Shown in pieces: positions 58,115 through 64,000 of a stretch of 64,000 bases of DNA (its first letter is position 1; every line of letters begins with the position of its first letter). The stretch lies in NCBI RefSeq assembly GCF_009914755.1, contig NC_060941.1; one strand, given 5' to 3'. The position numbers and the translations under genes are program-made. The DNA comes from the human T2T-CHM13v2.0 reference genome, Homo sapiens. The notes below the pieces were generated by a model, which was not told the DNA's origin, did no database searches, and was given only the letters and a program-made list of their open reading frames with translations.

Positions 58115-60628
58115 TGATAGCTGGGATTTCAGGTGTGCATCACCACACCTGGCTAATTTTTATATTTTTAGATGGCCAGGCGCTCTCTTCACCTCAGGAG
58201 ATCCGCCCGTCTTCGCCCCCCAAAGTGTTGGGATTACAGGCATGAGTTGCCACACCCAGTCCCTAACATGATTATTTTGGATTCCAAGACACTGCACTGT
58301 ATTGTTTCATTCCTTTAAAACCTGTAGAGGTTTACTTTATGGTCCAGTATATAGTCAGTTTTTATAAATATTTCCTCTGTGTTTGAAAATGTTCTGTATT
58401 GATACAAAAATTAGCCGGGCATGGTGGTGTGCACCTGTAGTCCCAGCTACTCAGGAGGCTGAGGCAGGAGAGTCACTTGAACACAGGAGGTGGAGGTTGC
58501 AGTGAGCCAAGATGGTGCCACTGCACTCCAGGCTAGGCAACAGAGCAAGACTCCGAACCCCCCCCCCAAAAAAAAAGAAAAAAGAAAATGTTCTCTATGT
58601 GTCCATTGGGCCAGTTGTGTTAATCCATATATATTCATACTGTTTTTTTTTGTTGTTGTTGTTGTTTTGTTTTGTTTTGTTTTGTTTTGTCTGTTCTGTT
58701 ACTGAGAGGCATATGTTAAATCTCCCACTGTGATTATGGATTTGTCTATTTTTCCTTGAATATCTGTTCAATTTTTGCTTTATTTATGTTGCAACATAGT
58801 TAATAGTAACATATCTACTCAAGTGCTCCCCTACAGCTCTCCTCCCAACATATACAAAGGCATGTCATCAGTTTAAAACAGCCCTGGCCGGGTGCAGTGG
58901 CTCATGCATGTAATCCCTGTACTTTGGAAGGCCAAGGTGGGTAGATCACGAGGTCAGGAGTTCGAGAACAGCTTGACCAACATAGTGAAACTCCGTCTCT
59001 ACTAAAAATACAAAAAATTAGCCAGGCATGGTAGCAGGTGCCTGTAATCCTAGCTACTCAGGAGGCTGAGGCAGGGGAATCGCTTGAACCCAGGAGGCGG
59101 AGGTTGCAGCGAGCCAAGATCCTACCACTGCACACCAGCCAGGACAACAGTGCAAGACTTCGTCCCCCCCCCCCCCAAAAAAAAAACAGCCCTCAGTCTC
59201 CCTTTTTCCTTGCTTTTTGTTATTGTAGTGGTGATTATTTCTTAGATTCCATGTTTCCCTCTTTGTGTTATCCAGGCTGGTTTTGGGGAGTGAGCAGGAG
59301 TGCCAATTCAACATCTAGGCAGGAGAATCTTTCACTTTCTAAAGGTTGAGAAGTGAAAAAAATGAATTTCTTAATATTTTAAACAATATTCTAGAAAAAA
59401 AGTTTTTCAGTTAGCATGTGCATTATTCAGAGTTTAAATGTTGGTATGTAAAAACCCTAGTCTATCAGATAGATTCTTTTGAATAATTATATCATCCTAT
59501 CACTTAAAAAGGATCCCTCTTGGGTTCTACATTAGCCAATCTAGCAATTGAGGAAAAAATCAAAGTGTGTAGACTCTGTACCTCAGGAATTTACAACCGG
59601 GGGCAAAAGGCTAAGATTTGTAAAACAGGAAGTAAAAACGCCCATGCCTGGCATGGTGGCTCACGCATGTAATTCCAGCACTTTGGGGGGCGCTGAGGTG
59701 GGTGGATCATTTGAGCCCAGGAGTTCAAGACCAGCCTGAGCAACATGGTGAAACTCTGTCTCTACAAAACATATAAAAATTAGCCAGGCATGGTGGCACA
59801 CGCCTGTAGTCCCAGCTACTTGGGTGGCTGAAGTGAGAGGATCACTTGAAGCCTGGGAGGCAGAGGTTGCAGTGAGCCAAGATCACACCACTGGCACTCC
59901 AGCCAGTGCGACAGAGCGAGACCCCATCGCTTTAAAAAAAAAAAAAATCTAGTGTAAATATTGCAGAATAGAATGTTCCTCAGAGTTTAGAAGAAAGATC
60001 ATTGGGGGTTAGAGGCCTCAGAAATGGGCTCATAGAAGAAGTAGGGCTGGCCCTGAAACACTGGGTAAGATTTTGATCGCTTGAAAGAGGAGAAAAAAAC
60101 ATCATTTGAGATGGAAGGAACATGATAAAGGCAGAGACTTTATGTTTAACAACTCTAAAAATGATAATGAAAGTTTAATATATAATACAGGCCTCTCAAA
60201 ACCAAGGTTAGGTGTTTCCATCGTACCTTTTGACCTTTTGATGGGTATAATTATATACAAATGAATAAATGATAATAATAGTTGATGTTTATTGAATACT
60301 TATTCTCTATCAGGCTCTGTTTTAAGTTTAGTCATTTAATTATAACAGCTTAGAATGTAAATATAGTCATTATTCTTTCTCTTCTAGATGAGGAAATTAA
60401 GGTACCAAAAGATTACAAACAAACTTGCCCGGAGTAATTAGTAAGTGTAGAGCCAGCATTCATACCCAGGCAGCCTGGCTCCAGAGTTTATTTGTATTTC
60501 CTATCTAAAAATGTGATTGTAATTTTTATGATATATTTTCAATTTATGAACCATTCTCAAAAAGCATAGACTTTGTTGTATCTATTGGCTGGCTCATATT
60601 TTTGAAACATGTTTAATTTTTTTTTAAG

Positions 60629-60757
60629 ACCAAACTGGAAATCCAGAAGGCCCTTGCAGAAGATGCTACTGTGTATGAATATGACAGTATTTATGATGAA
60701 ATGCAGAAAAAAAAGGAGGAAAATAATCCCAAATTGCTTTTGGGGAAAGACAGAAAG
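60629..60757 (+). CDS. NSRP1: NSRP1 coding exon 4 (129 nt): TKLEIQKALAEDATVYEYDSIYDEMQKKKEENNPKLLLGKDRK (start of the DUF2040 region)
   Basis: T-rich tract plus aag acceptor; AAG|gtttgt donor; phase 0-0; contains the family motif VYEYDSIYDEM. Confidence 0.95.
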
Positions 60758-61647
60758 GTTTGTAAGCTGAAATAACAAACTTTCTTTGACCTTGACCTAC
60801 ATTTTGTGTCTTAATCTTATTTTAACATGAGAATGATCTGAGAAAAAGCTTTTAGGTATGTGAGGTGTGAAGAGTCCCTAATTCCAGATATTACAAATTT
60901 GATTGTAGAACTCAAGCAGCACTACATATTATCCTAATAGGCCAGGTGAATTATCTAACAATTTTGCTTTTTGCTTTGAAACCTTTGCAAATAGTTTTTT
61001 GAAAACTTTTCCTTGGAATTCTAATGTACCAAATTTGTACTGTTCCTGCCCTGTGTATGTTTATTTGTGTTTTATTACCCTCTCATTTTTTCATTTCTTC
61101 CTAGCTGGTAACTGAATCATCTGCCTGCACCTATCATGATTTTATTTTCAGTGAGAAAAAAATTTGGGAGGGGTAAAAACTGAAATAAGTTCAGATTTTC
61201 TTTCTATCAACTCTTGTTCTTTCACAAGCACAGGCTGATTTTTAAGGGCATTTGCATCTGACAGTTATCTACTAGTAGAGTGATGGTATAAAATTATATT
61301 AAGCTACTATTTTAAATAGTCATATTTCTACTAAATGTGAAAAACTAGCAGGAACTTTTCTGATTTTTTTTTAATTAAGATAATACCAGAAAAAAGAAAA
61401 AAATTATATTTAGTTTGATGTTTTATTAAAGTTAAATCGCATTATAAACAATTTCTATCTCTGCTACACCTAAATTTTTATGGAAAACAGTTTCAATATT
61501 AATCTTGCTAGTAAGTTTATATTGAATGTAGGGAAGACAATCTTATTTGGGCCAATCATTTCTATCTTAATGAATTCATTATAAAAATTATAATATTAAC
61601 AATTACTATTTTTTTACTCTTTTCCTAAATCTTTTTTATTTCCTTAG

Positions 61648-61855
61648 CCCAAGTATATTCACAACTTGCTAAAAGCAGTTGAGATCAGAAAAAAGGAACA
61701 GGAAAAAAGAATGGAAAAGAAAATACAGAGAGAACGAGAAATGGAAAAGGGGGAGTTTGATGATAAAGAAGCATTTGTGACATCTGCATATAAGAAAAAA
61801 CTGCAAGAGAGAGCTGAAGAAGAAGAAAGAGAAAAGAGGGCTGCTGCACTGGAAG
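61648..61855 (+). CDS. NSRP1: NSRP1 coding exon 5 (208 nt): PKYIHNLLKAVEIRKKEQEKRMEKKIQREREMEKGEFDDKEAFVTSAYKKKLQERAEEEEREKRAAALE, coiled coil
   Basis: tttccttag acceptor, AAG|gtaaaa donor, phase 0-1; overlaps ORF 61666..61917; KEAFVTSAYKKKL motif. Confidence 0.96.
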
Positions 61856-62521
61856 GTAAAATGAAAGAGTGGGAAAGGCACAAGGAAACAGTAGCAGAAT
61901 CTCTCCCCTGTGGTTAGCTGTTTGCTCTGTCACTGAACTTTAGGGTTATGAGTTTGTGATCATAATTTATATATAGGAATTCAAGACACAAGGAATATGG
62001 TATTATATAGCAGTATAAAACAGAAAGGAAAGTTTAACTAAAAACACAGTTGAACTCTTCAGTAACTATTATTTCTACTAGACTTTTCTCTTAGTTCTCA
62101 TTTTGTGGCTTTTGCCTTAGAACATGATCTGAAATGTAAAAACATTTATTACAAAGTATAACGCCATGGCATTTGTCAGAAACAATATAAATATAATTTT
62201 AAACCCTAGTTACATTTTTTTGGGATGAGAAAATAATAGAGTAACACCACTCAAGGAGGATCAATGAGGCAATTAGAAAAAGAATAACATTAATTGAAGA
62301 AAGAATAAAAATTGGATGAATTAAGAATATCTTAATGCTTTACCTTAGTGCTTTCTACTCATGATTATTTCTCAAGATCTAAGTAGAATATGTATTTATA
62401 AAATACTTTTTTTTTTGAGACTGGGTCTCTGTCACCCAGGCTGGAGTGCAGTGGCTCAACCATGGCTCACTGCAGCCCTGACCTCCCAGGCTCCAGTGAT
62501 CCTCCCACCTCAGCCTCTTGA

Positions 62522-62895
<374 letters not shown>

Positions 62896-63085
62896 TAGAG
62901 ACGGAGTTTTACCATGTTGGCCAGGTTGGTCTCGAACTCCTGAGCTCAGGTGATCCACCCACCTCAGCCTCCCAAAGTTGTAGGATTACAGGCGTGAGCC
63001 ACTGCGCCCATCCTCTTCAGCTTTTAAGTAGAAGAAAACCAAGTCTATAACATTCTGTCTAAGCATGTACTATGTGTTTAGAGTG

Positions 63086-63362
63086 CCAGTCGGCAAACTT
63101 TCTGTAAAGGACCAGATAGTATTTTAGTATTCATATTTTAAGACTTTAAATTTATAAATTCATATTTTGAATGCCAGATCATATTCATACTTTAGGGCTT
63201 TTTGTGTATATGATCTCTGTCGCAGTTACTGAGCTCTGCCTTTGTAGTACAAAAGCAGTTGTGGACAATACATAAATGAACAGGGCTTTGTTTCAATAAA
63301 AATTTATTTATGAAAACAGGCAACAGGCCAGATTTGGCCTGCAGTTTGCCAACTCCTGATCC
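63086..63362. mobile_element. MER58-like hAT-Charlie element
   Basis: gtcggcaaactttctgtaaagg ... cagtttgccaactcctg. Confidence 0.7.
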
Positions 63363-63465
63363 AGCGAGTAGTTTACACACTGTATGTTATATACTGTATG
63401 TCTGTAAAATGAAACTGCACTGTGCCTTATTGAATATATTCTAATTTTTGCTTTCCCTCTGTTAG

Positions 63466-63574
63466 CATGTTTGGATGTAACCAAGCAGAAAGATCTCAGT
63501 GGATTTTATAGGCACCTATTAAATCAAGCAGTTGGTGAAGAGGAAGTACCTAAATGCAGCTTTCGTGAAGCCAG
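63466..63574 (+). CDS. NSRP1: NSRP1 coding exon 6 (109 nt): (A)CLDVTKQKDLSGFYRHLLNQAVGEEEVPKCSFREA(R)
   Basis: ctttccctctgttag acceptor, CAG|gtgagg donor, phase 1-2; DLSGFYRHLLN motif. Confidence 0.95.
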
Positions 63575-64000
63575 GTGAGGAGACGTGTATGAAATATTTT
63601 GAAGAAAAATACTGTTAATAATCTGTGGTTGTGGGGTCATTTTAACCCTCTGAAAGATGGAAGATTACAACATTGCATATTGTGTTGTCAGCCAGCCTTA
63701 CCTAACTGAATGAATGGCTAGAAATTTGCAGTTTCTTGATTTTAAAACCTACAGATTTAGTTTAAGATCATTTTTATTCTGCATTTCACAGAAATTGTTA
63801 CATTAAAACAGTGATTGAGTTTAATATTATTGTAAAACCAAAGACAGACTTTTAATGTATAAAGTTTCTGAATTTTTAAGTGATTTATGGGTCTTAACAA
63901 GGGAGAGCAAAATCTTCAAGGGAAAGCAAAATCAAATTGTAGTTTTTTCTTTTTTCTTTTTTTTTTTTTTTTTTGAGGCAGAGTCTCACTCTGTCGCCTA

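Overview
Primate (human-like) genomic DNA, AT-rich and saturated with Alu, L1, L2/MIR, LTR and DNA-transposon fossils. The + strand carries coding exons 2-6 of NSRP1 (CCDC55/NSrp70, an SR-like nuclear-speckle splicing regulator): 640-733, 55099-55155, 60629-60757, 61648-61855 and 63466-63574. All have GT-AG boundaries and matching phases, and intron 2 is 54.4 kb (734-55098). Nearly all other ORFs in the supplied track are Alu, L1 or Tigger artefacts. The main unexpected signal is in the non-repetitive islands of intron 2. On the - strand they hold a colinear chain of about 18 exon-like segments (about 51.9 kb down to 9.8 kb) with polypyrimidine/AG acceptors and GT donors, some mutated. Hand-spliced, they translate into decayed SDS22-like leucine-rich repeats with an LRR-cap, a second LRR block, and IQ-like/coiled-coil segments reminiscent of LRRIQ3. 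The best reading is a dead multi-exon gene (candidate unitary pseudogene) nested antisense inside NSRP1. Smaller observations include a near-perfect 47-bp hairpin inside an L1, unusual NSRP1 splice sites, a CTCF-like motif and inverted Alus around exons 4-5. Family assignments come from motif reading and recalled sequences, not from database searches.
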